NCBI GenBank assembly: GCA_016204045.1 | Contig: JACQLQ010000004.1 | Location: 164,927-228,926 of the forward strand | From: Parcubacteria group bacterium | GTDB lineage: Bacteria > Patescibacteriota > Minisyncoccia > Phycocordibacterales > UBA2135 | DNA: 64,000 nt | Direction: 5' to 3' | In this document: one piece after another, positions 55,243 to 64,000 of the stretch | Layout: each line of letters starts with the position of its first letter | Position numbering within the stretch: position 1 is the stretch's first letter | Notes under the pieces: model-generated | Told to the model about the DNA's origin: nothing | The model's input: only the letters and a program-made list of their open reading frames with translations | Database searches by the model: none | Made by a program: the position numbers and the translations under genes

Positions 55243-56187
55243 TTATGCAGAGTAGTAGTCTGTATACCAACGGACAAATCGCTCTACCCCTTCCTCTACC
55301 GCAGTCTTTGGTGTATACCCAAGAAGTTTTTTTGCCTTAGCAATATCTGCGTACGTCTCTACCATGTCCCCTGCCTGAAGCGGGGCATATTTTATTTTAG
55401 CTTTTTTTCTGAGCGCGCTTTCAAACGCGTTCACAAAGTCCCGGAGCGATGTTGGGTTGCCACAACCAAGGTTTATGATTTCAAACCCTTTTGGTTTGCG
55501 AAGTGCCGCCATAAGACCTTCGACGATGTCATCGACATAAGTAAAGTCACGCTTCATGCGACCTTTGTTGAAAAAGGTAATCGGCTTTCCCTCGAGAATA
55601 GCTTTTGTAAATGTGTGTGGGGACATGTCGGGCCTTCCATACGGACCATACACAGTGAAAAAGCGGAGGCATGTGATATTCATACCAAATAGATGCGCGT
55701 AGGAGTGTCCGAGAAGCTCCCCTGCCCTTTTTGATGCGGCATATATGGAGACGGGAGTATCAACCTTCATGTCCTCACGAAAAGGCACTGCATCTTTCCC
55801 ATACACCGAAGAGCTTGACGCGAACACAACACGCTTAATACCATGCCTCCGCGCAAGCTCAAAGATATTAAGCGTCCCTTTGTAATTGGCATCCGCATAT
55901 ACAAAAGGATTCTCCAGTGAGTACCTGACACCCGCCTGTGCCGCGAGATGGTAAATGCAATCAAACGAATGTTTCTGAAAGACTTTTTCTAATGCGTCTT
56001 CTTGTGCAATATCGATCCGGTAATTCTTCACCCCAGAGGCAATATCGCGAAGGCGTGCCTGTTTCAACTTCGGGTCGTAATAGGAGTTTAGATTATCAAT
56101 AGAAATAACATCGTGGCCGCTATCTAAAAGCCGACGAACCAAATGGCTCCCGATAAACCCAGCTCCGCCGGTTACTAAAATACGCAT
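55243..56187 (-). CDS. NAD-dependent epimerase (UDP-glucuronate 4-epimerase-like)
   Basis: [49 protein letters not shown]. Confidence 0.93.
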   Translation of the reverse strand: MRILVTGGAGFIGSHLVRRLLDSGHDVISIDNLNSYYDPKLKQARLRDIASGVKNYRIDIAQEDALEKVFQKHSFDCIYHLAAQAGVRYSLENPFVYADANYKGTLNIFELARRHGIKRVVFASSSSVYGKDAVPFREDMKVDTPVSIYAASKRAGELLGHSYAHLFGMNITCLRFFTVYGPYGRPDMSPHTFTKAILEGKPITFFNKGRMKRDFTYVDDIVEGLMAALRKPKGFEIINLGCGNPTSLRDFVNAFESALRKKAKIKYAPLQAGDMVETYADIAKAKKLLGYTPKTAVEEGVERFVRWYTDYYSA

Positions 56188-56197
56188 AGGGGTTGGT

Positions 56198-57280
56198 TTA
56201 GGATTTTGACTTTGTCTTGCGTAGCATTAGAGGAACATAGGATTCATATCTCCCCTCTGTGTGAGCAAAAGCGTCGCGTGAGGAATGGCGGTAGCGATAG
56301 CTGAATTCACGGACAAGTTTCGATCCGTCCATAACAATCGGGTATGAGTAGAAACGCCAGATGCCTTTTGAGGTTGGAACTTTACCTCTCGTAATGTGCC
56401 AGAAAACAAAATAAGCGAGTCGTACCATCCATGGAAAGACCGGAAGGATTCGTTTGCCGACGGTACGCGCCATTTGAGCCGCATAGACCGGCTCCCCAGG
56501 AGGGGTGATATTAAACACCTCATACGTCCCCGGTGTGTTGTTAAAAGTAAGGCGAGCAACGATGTCGCACACATCGTCTTCGTGGATAAACTGGCGCACC
56601 CACCACGGTGTTGCGGGTACAAATGAGACCATTGCAGAGATAATCTTATACACAAAGTCACCCCTTAATTGCCCTGAAAGGGCCGATTGCAACCCAAAGC
56701 GGACGCGCATGAACCGCCCACGTGGCCCTGTGATAGCTGCGGGGCGTACAACAAAAACCTGGGTCGTGCCGTGTGCACGGCTAGCACTTTTCTCCCACAT
56801 TCCGCGAAGCACTTTCTCGACAACCCCCTTTTCTTTCCCATATGAATATTCCTCCTCCCGTATTGGGTCTGTTTCCACAAAAAGCTGATCAAACGTATTT
56901 GTTTTTTCAGCTCCGTATATTGCCGCACTTGAAAAATAAACGAGCTTTTTGACCGAAGGAGTTTTGAGGGCAAAATCAAAAACATTTGCCGAGCCACGAA
57001 CATTCCAATGCCACTGACGAGCTCGTTGTCCGTATAGTTCCCGAATCTGCCATGCGGTGTGTATGACAATGCTTGGATTCTTCGCGCGCGCAGTCTCCTG
57101 CCATGAAAGTTCCGCTGTGTTCGCCTTGATCCAGTAGACCTTCGGATTGCCCTTCAGGAGTTCAGGCTGTTCTTCAACGTCTAAAGCCACTATCTCCTTA
57201 ACATCGGGGCGTTTCGAAAACTGGTCGCAAAGCATTGCGCCAACATATCCCGCAGCACCTGTGATGAAAAGTGTTTTCAT
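56198..57280 (-). CDS. NAD-dependent epimerase/dehydratase (extended SDR)
   Basis: [27 protein letters not shown]. Confidence 0.88.
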   Translation of the reverse strand: MKTLFITGAAGYVGAMLCDQFSKRPDVKEIVALDVEEQPELLKGNPKVYWIKANTAELSWQETARAKNPSIVIHTAWQIRELYGQRARQWHWNVRGSANVFDFALKTPSVKKLVYFSSAAIYGAEKTNTFDQLFVETDPIREEEYSYGKEKGVVEKVLRGMWEKSASRAHGTTQVFVVRPAAITGPRGRFMRVRFGLQSALSGQLRGDFVYKIISAMVSFVPATPWWVRQFIHEDDVCDIVARLTFNNTPGTYEVFNITPPGEPVYAAQMARTVGKRILPVFPWMVRLAYFVFWHITRGKVPTSKGIWRFYSYPIVMDGSKLVREFSYRYRHSSRDAFAHTEGRYESYVPLMLRKTKSKS

Positions 57281-57296
57281 AAATTATCTAGTGAGG

Positions 57297-58649
57297 CTAT
57301 CTTCCGGTACGCGACAAAAGAGTTTTCACCGTTCGAAGCGCGATGACGATATCAAGAATAAATGATCGGTTCTTCACATAGAACAAGTCATACGAGAGCC
57401 GCACACGCATTTCAGGGATGGATTGCGGTTGCAGTTCTTGCTTCACCTGCGCCCACCCGGAAAGCCCAGGCTTTATGAGGTAGCGAGCATCGTAGTAGGG
57501 AACTTGCTTGCGCACCCGCTCGGCAATTCCCACTGCATCGGGTCTGGGCCCAATGAGCGAAAACTCTCCCTTGAGCACATTCCATAATTGCGGGAACTCA
57601 TCGAGTCGAGTCTTTCGCAATATCCTTCCGGCGTATGTAGGAACATTCCCCGCCTCTCCAGGCCAAGCGGTCGCGTGATTCACGCGCAAACTCTGAAACT
57701 TGTAAACACGAATGACACGCCCCCCTTTGCCAACCCGCTCATGTACATAAAAAATGCTCCGCCCCTCGAGTGCTGCGGCAAGTGCCACCACAGGAAAAAC
57801 AAGGACCGGTACGAGAAGAAGGACTGCGGCAATGACAAAGTCGAATACGCGTTTCAATATATCATACACCACTCGCGGTGAATGTGAAAAATTCTCAAGA
57901 AACCAGTTGTGTCGTACGAGGGGAAGGGGCACCCGGTCGAAAATTTCTTCATACACTTTTCCTAGATCAATGACGGAGACGCCGTTGAAAAACAGAGCAT
58001 AGAGTTCGGGAACCGCTTCTTTGAAAATCGGATGATTCATGTCTATGATAACGAGAGTCGCATTCGTCCGCTCAAGAATCTTTCGTATTTTGTGACCAAA
58101 GTCTTCGCCGCTTAACGTGTCGGGGTCAACGTCTTTTGCAATCTTCAAACCATAACGATCGTTGTTGTTCACCGCATACGTCAGCTCATCCGCTTCTTTG
58201 CCCTTTCCAATGATGACCGCCTCTGTCATTTTGCCACTCCGCAAAAAGACACTCCCGTATAATCGCCATATGAGGAGAAGGGTGGACGATACTATGAGGT
58301 ACAAAAAGAGATTCGCTTTCGGTGTAATACTGACAAAGGGTACGAGGTAGAAAAAAGCTGCCGCAAGAGCAACATTCACCACTTGGGCGCGCGCCAAAAT
58401 CGCAAAGAGTCGTTTGCGAGAAAAAGCCGCTTCCTTATCGTAAAGCCCGGCCCCCGTGAAAATGGCTATCCACAACACAAAGAGAATAGAGAACGGGACG
58501 ATGTGCTCTTCTATGTTGGAGCTCTTGAAGGAGGAAAAATAGCGGATTACAAGCGTCAAAACAAGGGCTACATACAACAAAACCACGTCTCCAAGGAGAA
58601 GCAGGATAGGTCGTAGATTTGATTTGACGGTCATTGTCCTATATAACAT
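57297..58649 (-). CDS. Polyprenyl glycosylphosphotransferase (WbaP/WcaJ-like priming sugar transferase)
   Basis: 4 N-terminal TMs; KRVFD, YKF, LRKTRLDEFPQL.NVLKG..SLIGPRP, PGLSGWAQ. Confidence 0.93.
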   Translation of the reverse strand: MLYRTMTVKSNLRPILLLLGDVVLLYVALVLTLVIRYFSSFKSSNIEEHIVPFSILFVLWIAIFTGAGLYDKEAAFSRKRLFAILARAQVVNVALAAAFFYLVPFVSITPKANLFLYLIVSSTLLLIWRLYGSVFLRSGKMTEAVIIGKGKEADELTYAVNNNDRYGLKIAKDVDPDTLSGEDFGHKIRKILERTNATLVIIDMNHPIFKEAVPELYALFFNGVSVIDLGKVYEEIFDRVPLPLVRHNWFLENFSHSPRVVYDILKRVFDFVIAAVLLLVPVLVFPVVALAAALEGRSIFYVHERVGKGGRVIRVYKFQSLRVNHATAWPGEAGNVPTYAGRILRKTRLDEFPQLWNVLKGEFSLIGPRPDAVGIAERVRKQVPYYDARYLIKPGLSGWAQVKQELQPQSIPEMRVRLSYDLFYVKNRSFILDIVIALRTVKTLLSRTGR

Positions 58650-58689
58650 ATAGGGTTTTGGATTAGTTATATAAAGGAAACCCCCATAT

Positions 58690-59853
58690 ATGCCTAAGGT
58701 AAAGATACTCTACGTCATCACGAAATCAAACTTTGGCGGTGCTCAACGCTATGTTTATGACCTTGCCACCTCCCTTAAGACGGGGGATTTTGACGTGGCG
58801 GTACTCCTTGGTGGGGATGGCTTACTCAAGCAAAAGTTAGAGCATGAAAATATACGGACGATCTCTTTGCCCTCACTACAGCGCGATATTAATATCGTGA
58901 AAGAAGTAAAAACATTCTTTGCGTTTTTAAAAATCCTTTACACAGAGCGTCCCGATATTGTCCATGTGAACAGCTCTAAGGCAGGCGGCTTGGGAGCATT
59001 TGCTGTTCGCTTTTACAACATGCTCGCGGTAAGTGGGTCAAAGACAAAAGTCATCTTTACTGCACACGGCTGGGCTTTTAACGAAGAACGTCCTTGGTTT
59101 CAGAAAAAGACGATTCTTTTCCTTCACTGGCTGACGATGCTACTCGCCCACGCGACCATTGCCGTATCAGAGGAAGCAAAAAGACAGGTGGACCACCTTC
59201 CTTTCATGAAAGAGAAGATTACCGTTATACCAAACGGCATAGGAGCATCTTCGCCACTCGACCGTGAGGGTGCGCGCCGAGCACTTGCGCGACGTGCAGA
59301 AGCCCTTACGGAGACCACTTCAGATACTATCTGGGTTGGAACCATCGCAGAACTCCATAAGACCAAGGGACTTGCCTATATGATTGAGGCGATGCGCCTT
59401 CTCTCTCAAAAGCCGATACCAATCAAATACGTGATTATTGGGGATGGGGAGGAACTGGGTACACTAAGCGCGCTCGCAAAAAAGCATGGCCTAGAAGACC
59501 GCGTCTTTTTGACTGGCTTTATTCCGGAAGCCGCTCTCTGTCTTTCGGCGTTTGATATCTTCGTACTACCATCACTTTCAGAGGCGCTCGGCTATGCCAT
59601 CCTTGAGGCGGGTAATGCCGGGGCGGCAACAATCGCTTCCAACGTGGGTGGCATTCCCGAAATAATCGAAGACGGTAGAAATGGCATTCTCGTACCGACA
59701 CGCTCCCCTGTTCATTTGGCAAATGCCGTAAGTACTCTTGCTGAAGATGCGGAAAAAAGAAAGCACTTCGGTGAAGCGCTCCGCGTGGCCGTGAGAGAAC
59801 AATTCTCAAAAGACAACATGGTGAGAGCAACTGTTGCCCTCTATAAGAACTAG
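58690..59853 (+). CDS. Glycosyltransferase family 4
   Basis: GGAQRYV, SSKAG, TAHGW, IPNGI, DIFVLPS.SE.LG...LEA, GGIPE. Confidence 0.95.
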   Translation: MPKVKILYVITKSNFGGAQRYVYDLATSLKTGDFDVAVLLGGDGLLKQKLEHENIRTISLPSLQRDINIVKEVKTFFAFLKILYTERPDIVHVNSSKAGGLGAFAVRFYNMLAVSGSKTKVIFTAHGWAFNEERPWFQKKTILFLHWLTMLLAHATIAVSEEAKRQVDHLPFMKEKITVIPNGIGASSPLDREGARRALARRAEALTETTSDTIWVGTIAELHKTKGLAYMIEAMRLLSQKPIPIKYVIIGDGEELGTLSALAKKHGLEDRVFLTGFIPEAALCLSAFDIFVLPSLSEALGYAILEAGNAGAATIASNVGGIPEIIEDGRNGILVPTRSPVHLANAVSTLAEDAEKRKHFGEALRVAVREQFSKDNMVRATVALYKN

Positions 59854-60803
59854 AGCGTTTCTACGAAGTTTTTGAGTTTCTCTGCGATAAACACGTCTGT
59901 CCTCTCTCGAGATTCAACGGTCATTCCACCGATGTGTGGAACAATGATGCAATTCTTATTGTTCTTAGCAAACTCGACAAGCGGGTGCTCATTGAAACCT
60001 TCTGTCTCAAAAGATTTTTCATCTGTGAGCACATCTGTGGCGTACCCCGCCATGCTTCCACGTTCAAGAGCCTGCACAAGAGCCGCCTCATCCACAATCG
60101 CCCCGCGCGAAGTATTGACCAGATACGCACCCTGCTTCATTTTTGCAAAGACGTCCGCATTAAACATGTTTTCTGTCTCAGGCGAGAGGTGCGCATGAAC
60201 TGATATCACATCACTCTCTTTGAGGAGCTCATCAAAAGAGACCCTCTCACAACCATCCACTGAGCACACCGTCACATTCGGGTCCGCGTACAAGACGCGC
60301 ATACCAAAAGCTTTGCCATAGCGCCCCATCCACGTACCAAGTCGCCCCATCCCCACAATGCCGAGTGTTTTTCCATACAGGTTACGTCCTCTAAAGTTTT
60401 CGCGATCCCATTGATAGTTTTTCACCTCTTCAAATGCATGCGGTGTCATGCGAAGGAGACTAATGAGAAGCCCCCATGCAAGTTCCGCGGTGCCAGTGAT
60501 TGTATTCAAAAATTCATCCTCGCCACGAAGGGAGAGAACTTCGATCCCCCGCTCTCGTGCCATCTCCAGGTCGATGTGGTCGAGCCCAGTCGTTGCTGTC
60601 GCAATGACCCGGAGCTTTTTTGCACCAGCAAGCACCTCGCTGTCAAAAGTAAGCCCGAGACCAATAATGACTACGTCATATTCGCTAACAAGGCGAAGGA
60701 GTTCGCTTTGTGTCGGAGTCACATAGTCCACCTCACCAAATTTGGAGAGGATTTTTTTTGCGTCCTCCGTGTATACCTCACCAATGGTATTTAGAATATG
60801 CAT
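59850..60803 (-). CDS. D-isomer-specific 2-hydroxyacid dehydrogenase
   Basis: TGLDHID, TAELAWGL, GIVGMGRLG, VNTSRG, TDV, PHIGG. Confidence 0.93.
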   Translation of the reverse strand: MHILNTIGEVYTEDAKKILSKFGEVDYVTPTQSELLRLVSEYDVVIIGLGLTFDSEVLAGAKKLRVIATATTGLDHIDLEMARERGIEVLSLRGEDEFLNTITGTAELAWGLLISLLRMTPHAFEEVKNYQWDRENFRGRNLYGKTLGIVGMGRLGTWMGRYGKAFGMRVLYADPNVTVCSVDGCERVSFDELLKESDVISVHAHLSPETENMFNADVFAKMKQGAYLVNTSRGAIVDEAALVQALERGSMAGYATDVLTDEKSFETEGFNEHPLVEFAKNNKNCIIVPHIGGMTVESRERTDVFIAEKLKNFVETL

Positions 60804-60864
60804 ACGTATGTACCTTATGATAACCCCTTCAGTCGCCCTTTGGTGACCCAGGAAAACGCCAATC

Positions 60865-61815
60865 CTAAGCGCGTAGCAACCCCTTGGCCTTCCCTACAAA
60901 TACCTCCCACGTCGGCACATCAATCAGTACATACGCCGCCATAAATCCTGGGATACTTAGCAGTTTACCAAATGTTAGTGGCTCACCAAAAAAAGTGACG
61001 CCGACGATGACCATAGTCACCAATTGCCACGATGTCATAATGAGCGTTTTGAGCGAAAGGGTCGTCTTGCCCCCATCATAAGAGAGCAACTTGAAGGAGA
61101 TCATCATGATTACATTCGTGCCCGAGATGAGGAAGATGAGAACAATTACCGGAAGGATGGATGATAAGGAAAGTATGGTACTTACCCCGACAAATGAGAG
61201 CCCAATCAAAGCAAAAAACATTGTGGATGCTCCTGCCCAAAAGTTATGTACAAACGGATGAGCAATCTGCGACATGCTCATTTTCCTTGTAATGATTTCG
61301 TTCGCCGTAATGGTGACCGGGATGATTGTGGCAATGAACACCCAGACCGGAGGTTCTGTAAACGATCCAAAACCTGGAAAATTAAACAACGCATAACCGG
61401 CAACGAGATACACACCCACACCCATCCACTGCCGGAGATTGAGGACGTTCTTAAAAAATATCCAGTCTGCCAACGCCTTAAGCACAATTCCCATAGTAAA
61501 AATGAAGCCGACAATTCCCAATGCCGCATCTTCGTATGAGAACGTGAGTACGCCAGCAACACCCGCAAGAAATCCAAAAAAACCAAACCAAAGCGAGCCG
61601 AGGATAAGCTTTCGGTCGGTAAGGAGAGGCTTACGCAAAAGCGTTGCCAGCAGTGCCCCGCCAAGCATTTGTACTGTCCCTACGACAAGCGAGCCGAGAA
61701 AGGGCAATTCAAACGACCCAGGCACCTTTGCCACCATGCCCACCATCTTCTGGAGCACGCTAGAAAAAGTCTTTGACAGACCTTCTCCAATAGCAAACCA
61801 TTTCCATTTTTGCAT
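60865..61815 (-). CDS. DMT/EamA-like 10-TM transporter
   Basis: Two 5-TM repeats ending FFK.VL and FFGEPLT..K; start uncertain (61815 or 61881). Confidence 0.7.
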   Translation of the reverse strand: MQKWKWFAIGEGLSKTFSSVLQKMVGMVAKVPGSFELPFLGSLVVGTVQMLGGALLATLLRKPLLTDRKLILGSLWFGFFGFLAGVAGVLTFSYEDAALGIVGFIFTMGIVLKALADWIFFKNVLNLRQWMGVGVYLVAGYALFNFPGFGSFTEPPVWVFIATIIPVTITANEIITRKMSMSQIAHPFVHNFWAGASTMFFALIGLSFVGVSTILSLSSILPVIVLIFLISGTNVIMMISFKLLSYDGGKTTLSLKTLIMTSWQLVTMVIVGVTFFGEPLTFGKLLSIPGFMAAYVLIDVPTWEVFVGKAKGLLRA

Positions 61816-61850
61816 AGTTGTTGTAACCCCAGCTTGATTCGTAAAAAAGA

Positions 61851-62567
61851 TTATAGACCCTCGTCTTTTCGTCGTAGCCAAAACTCTGCCATCTCAAAAT
61901 CAATTGGCCTGTTTATGTCTACAGAGCGTTCCTCAGGCATACAATATGCCCGCGAGATTTTTCCGAATAAATCGCCCTGCTGTATGTATTCTGTTTTTGT
62001 GAGATATACAGCGCAATTCCGTTTATACATCTTTGCTAAATCTTGCCTCCGTGAAGACTCTTTGCCTTCATCCTCAAAATACGGAGCGATAACACCATCC
62101 TCAACTTTTTTAACCTTCTTCGGTGCAAAATCATCAAGCTCCTTCATGCTCATGACAGAGTCGGCATTCGTATCTACAGCAAGTACGATTGCGTTATCTA
62201 TATCCTCACTCGTCCGCAAGGGGGATGTGGGTTGAAGGATCATCACATAGTCATATACTTCCCCAAAATCACTGCGGAGTTTTTCTAGGGCGTGTTGGGT
62301 TACTTCCATAGCGGTCGATTTGTCTTGCGCTAATTCACTTGGACGCATGAACGGAATATCGGCTCCGTACTCACGAGAAACTGCTGCGATTTCTTCATCG
62401 TCTGTCGAAACAATGGAACGTGTTAGATACTTACTCTCTTTTGCAGCTTCAATGGTATACGCAATAAGGGGCTTTCCAAAAAGCTCTTTCACGTTCTTAC
62501 GAGGAATCCCTTTGGACCCTCCCCGCGCAGTAATAAGACCTAGAATTTTTTTGTCCTTATACGTCAT
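61851..62567 (-). CDS. neuA: Acylneuraminate cytidylyltransferase (CMP-nonulosonate synthetase)
   Basis: ARGGSKGIPRKN, GKPLI, VSTDD, RP.ELA.D, LQPTSPLR, RRQDL, SVDI. Confidence 0.95.
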   Translation of the reverse strand: MTYKDKKILGLITARGGSKGIPRKNVKELFGKPLIAYTIEAAKESKYLTRSIVSTDDEEIAAVSREYGADIPFMRPSELAQDKSTAMEVTQHALEKLRSDFGEVYDYVMILQPTSPLRTSEDIDNAIVLAVDTNADSVMSMKELDDFAPKKVKKVEDGVIAPYFEDEGKESSRRQDLAKMYKRNCAVYLTKTEYIQQGDLFGKISRAYCMPEERSVDINRPIDFEMAEFWLRRKDEGL

Positions 62568-62573
62568 GTTTGC

Positions 62574-63725
62574 TTAATCAACAAAATGCTTCTGCACATA
62601 GAGTGGGACCGTGGCGAGTGTTTTGGCAATGTTTTTGCTCGTCCCTGGCCTATGATAGATGCCACTTGATTCGTATTTGCCCCTCGCAATTTGCTTGTCT
62701 ATCGCCTTTTGGATCGAAGCCTTGCCATACCCAACATCAATGACGTTAGGGCCCCGCATGCGCCCGTGCTGCCTTGTCCCTATGTTCACAACAGGAATAC
62801 CGAGGTATGAACACTCCTTGATGCCTGCTGAGGAATTGCCAATGAGACAGGTCGCCTTTGAAAGAAGCCCAACAAACTGATCCGCCGGCAGGTATTTAAG
62901 AAAGCGCATGTGTTCTGGTTTTTTCTTCTCACGCCAAACTCGGATCTGACTTGCAATAGCATCAGTCCCCGCATCGGCATTGGGCCAAAACCAAACCGTG
63001 GGAATGCCCAACTCATGAATAGCCTCGAGTAGTACGCGCGCATTACGACCGTTCTGCTCGTTACCCTCTGTCGTCACGGGGTGTGTCATAACAACAAGAT
63101 ACGGCTTCCTCATATCAACAATATCACCGACTCCTATCTTATTGACTAGGGCATTTGAAACGCGGAAGCGCTGCCCGGACAAATACTCAACTTCGGGACA
63201 CCCAAAATTGAACACAAAGCTTGGATCCTCCCCCATTCTTATGACACGCTCCTTGGCAAGATCATTTGTCACAAAGTGAATATGCGCGAGTTTTGTGACT
63301 GCGTGGCGCACGGATTCATCTATAGTACCAGTGACATCACCTCCTTCAAGGTGTGCAACGGGGATATTCAAATAAGCGGAGGCAACTGCCGCAGAGAGCA
63401 CTTCATATCGGTCTCCACGAATGACGACAATGTCGGGTTTCAAATTATCGAAGACGGTCGCGAACTCCGAAATGCCGATACCCGCCGTCTTTGCCATTGC
63501 GATTGAGTCCCCTCCCTCAAAGGAAAAGGTAAGCCGAGCATTGTGCGGAAAGCCATCTTTCTTCATAACGGAGAGCACCTCGCCGTATCTGTCTAATACA
63601 GCTGAACCTCCAACAACAATCTGTAAGTCAATGTCTGGCCTACGACGAAGCTCGCGGAGTATCATTTTACTCCTTGAGTAGTGAATATTTGACGTGATGA
63701 CGAAACAGACTTTTCGTTTAGACAT
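62574..63725 (-). CDS. neuC: UDP-GlcNAc 2-epimerase (hydrolysing)
   Basis: GDRYE, H.EGG..TGTIDESVRHAVTKLAH.HF, HPVT, PNADAG, GNSSAGI.E, NIGTRQ.GR; start at MSKRK. Confidence 0.94.
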   Translation of the reverse strand: MSKRKVCFVITSNIHYSRSKMILRELRRRPDIDLQIVVGGSAVLDRYGEVLSVMKKDGFPHNARLTFSFEGGDSIAMAKTAGIGISEFATVFDNLKPDIVVIRGDRYEVLSAAVASAYLNIPVAHLEGGDVTGTIDESVRHAVTKLAHIHFVTNDLAKERVIRMGEDPSFVFNFGCPEVEYLSGQRFRVSNALVNKIGVGDIVDMRKPYLVVMTHPVTTEGNEQNGRNARVLLEAIHELGIPTVWFWPNADAGTDAIASQIRVWREKKKPEHMRFLKYLPADQFVGLLSKATCLIGNSSAGIKECSYLGIPVVNIGTRQHGRMRGPNVIDVGYGKASIQKAIDKQIARGKYESSGIYHRPGTSKNIAKTLATVPLYVQKHFVD

Positions 63726-64000
63726 ATAGTGAATCTTCTGTGATTGGGTCGTACTTCTTAAACGCCACCTTTGTGCGCTTTCCAACGACATCATAAAACC
63801 TCTTCGAAGGAAGGCCGCCGGCATGCATGAATGGGCGCATAGCAAAGACCGTCTCTTTCGTAATCACGGTACCTTCGGGAATATCCTGCCCCGCCATTAA
63901 GGCTTTGTTGAAATACGGGCGAAACATGTTTTTTGCGCCCTCCAGTTCTTTCTCTTTATCTCCATAATACGCCAAGTGGTCGACGTCCTTATACTCGCCG
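63718..64000 (-). CDS. neuB: N-acetylneuraminate synthase C-terminal SAF/AFP-like domain (partial, runs off window)
   Basis: K.L.A..DI..G.VIT......RP...GL.......VVGK SAF pattern directly upstream of neuC. Confidence 0.75.
   Translation of the reverse strand, partial: GEYKDVDHLAYYGDKEKELEGAKNMFRPYFNKALMAGQDIPEGTVITKETVFAMRPFMHAGGLPSKRFYDVVGKRTKVAFKKYDPITEDSLYV

Overview
Bacterial chromosomal window using the standard genetic code. Gene content and style point to a Patescibacteria/CPR (Parcubacteria-like) genome: rpsP-khpA-trmD without rimM, a NUDIX-inserted LeuS, a sigma70-r4/HARE-HTH protein, and many short orphan genes with consensus promoters. About 1-32 kb is housekeeping (trmD, rpsP, pepA, rnr, rplU, rmuC, mnmA, mltG, leuS, ychF, tRNA-Glu). 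It is interspersed with orphans, small palindromic elements, a 6S-like ncRNA candidate and a 952-aa tandem metallophosphoesterase-like gene. About 32.1-51.3 kb is an accessory island. It holds a secreted FN3 protein, a 2165-aa SpvB/FG-GAP/YD/RHS toxin with an immunity candidate, a DUF2235 (Tle1-like) hydrolase, a large serine recombinase, an OLD nuclease, a C4-like antisense RNA cassette, a ParB-methylase and a terminase-small-like HTH. It also holds a second short RHS/immunity pair and a truncated RAYT (Y1 HUH) transposase. Three copies of a 19-bp site (AATCGTGACTGTCCCCATT) flank the RAYT remnant and lie just downstream of both toxin-immunity pairs; this is my best candidate for an undescribed cassette-shuffling system. 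About 51.8-64 kb is a surface-glycan locus (O-antigen-ligase/TPR, epimerases, priming sugar transferase, GT4, neuA/neuC/neuB). All calls are by eye from motifs; no searches were run.
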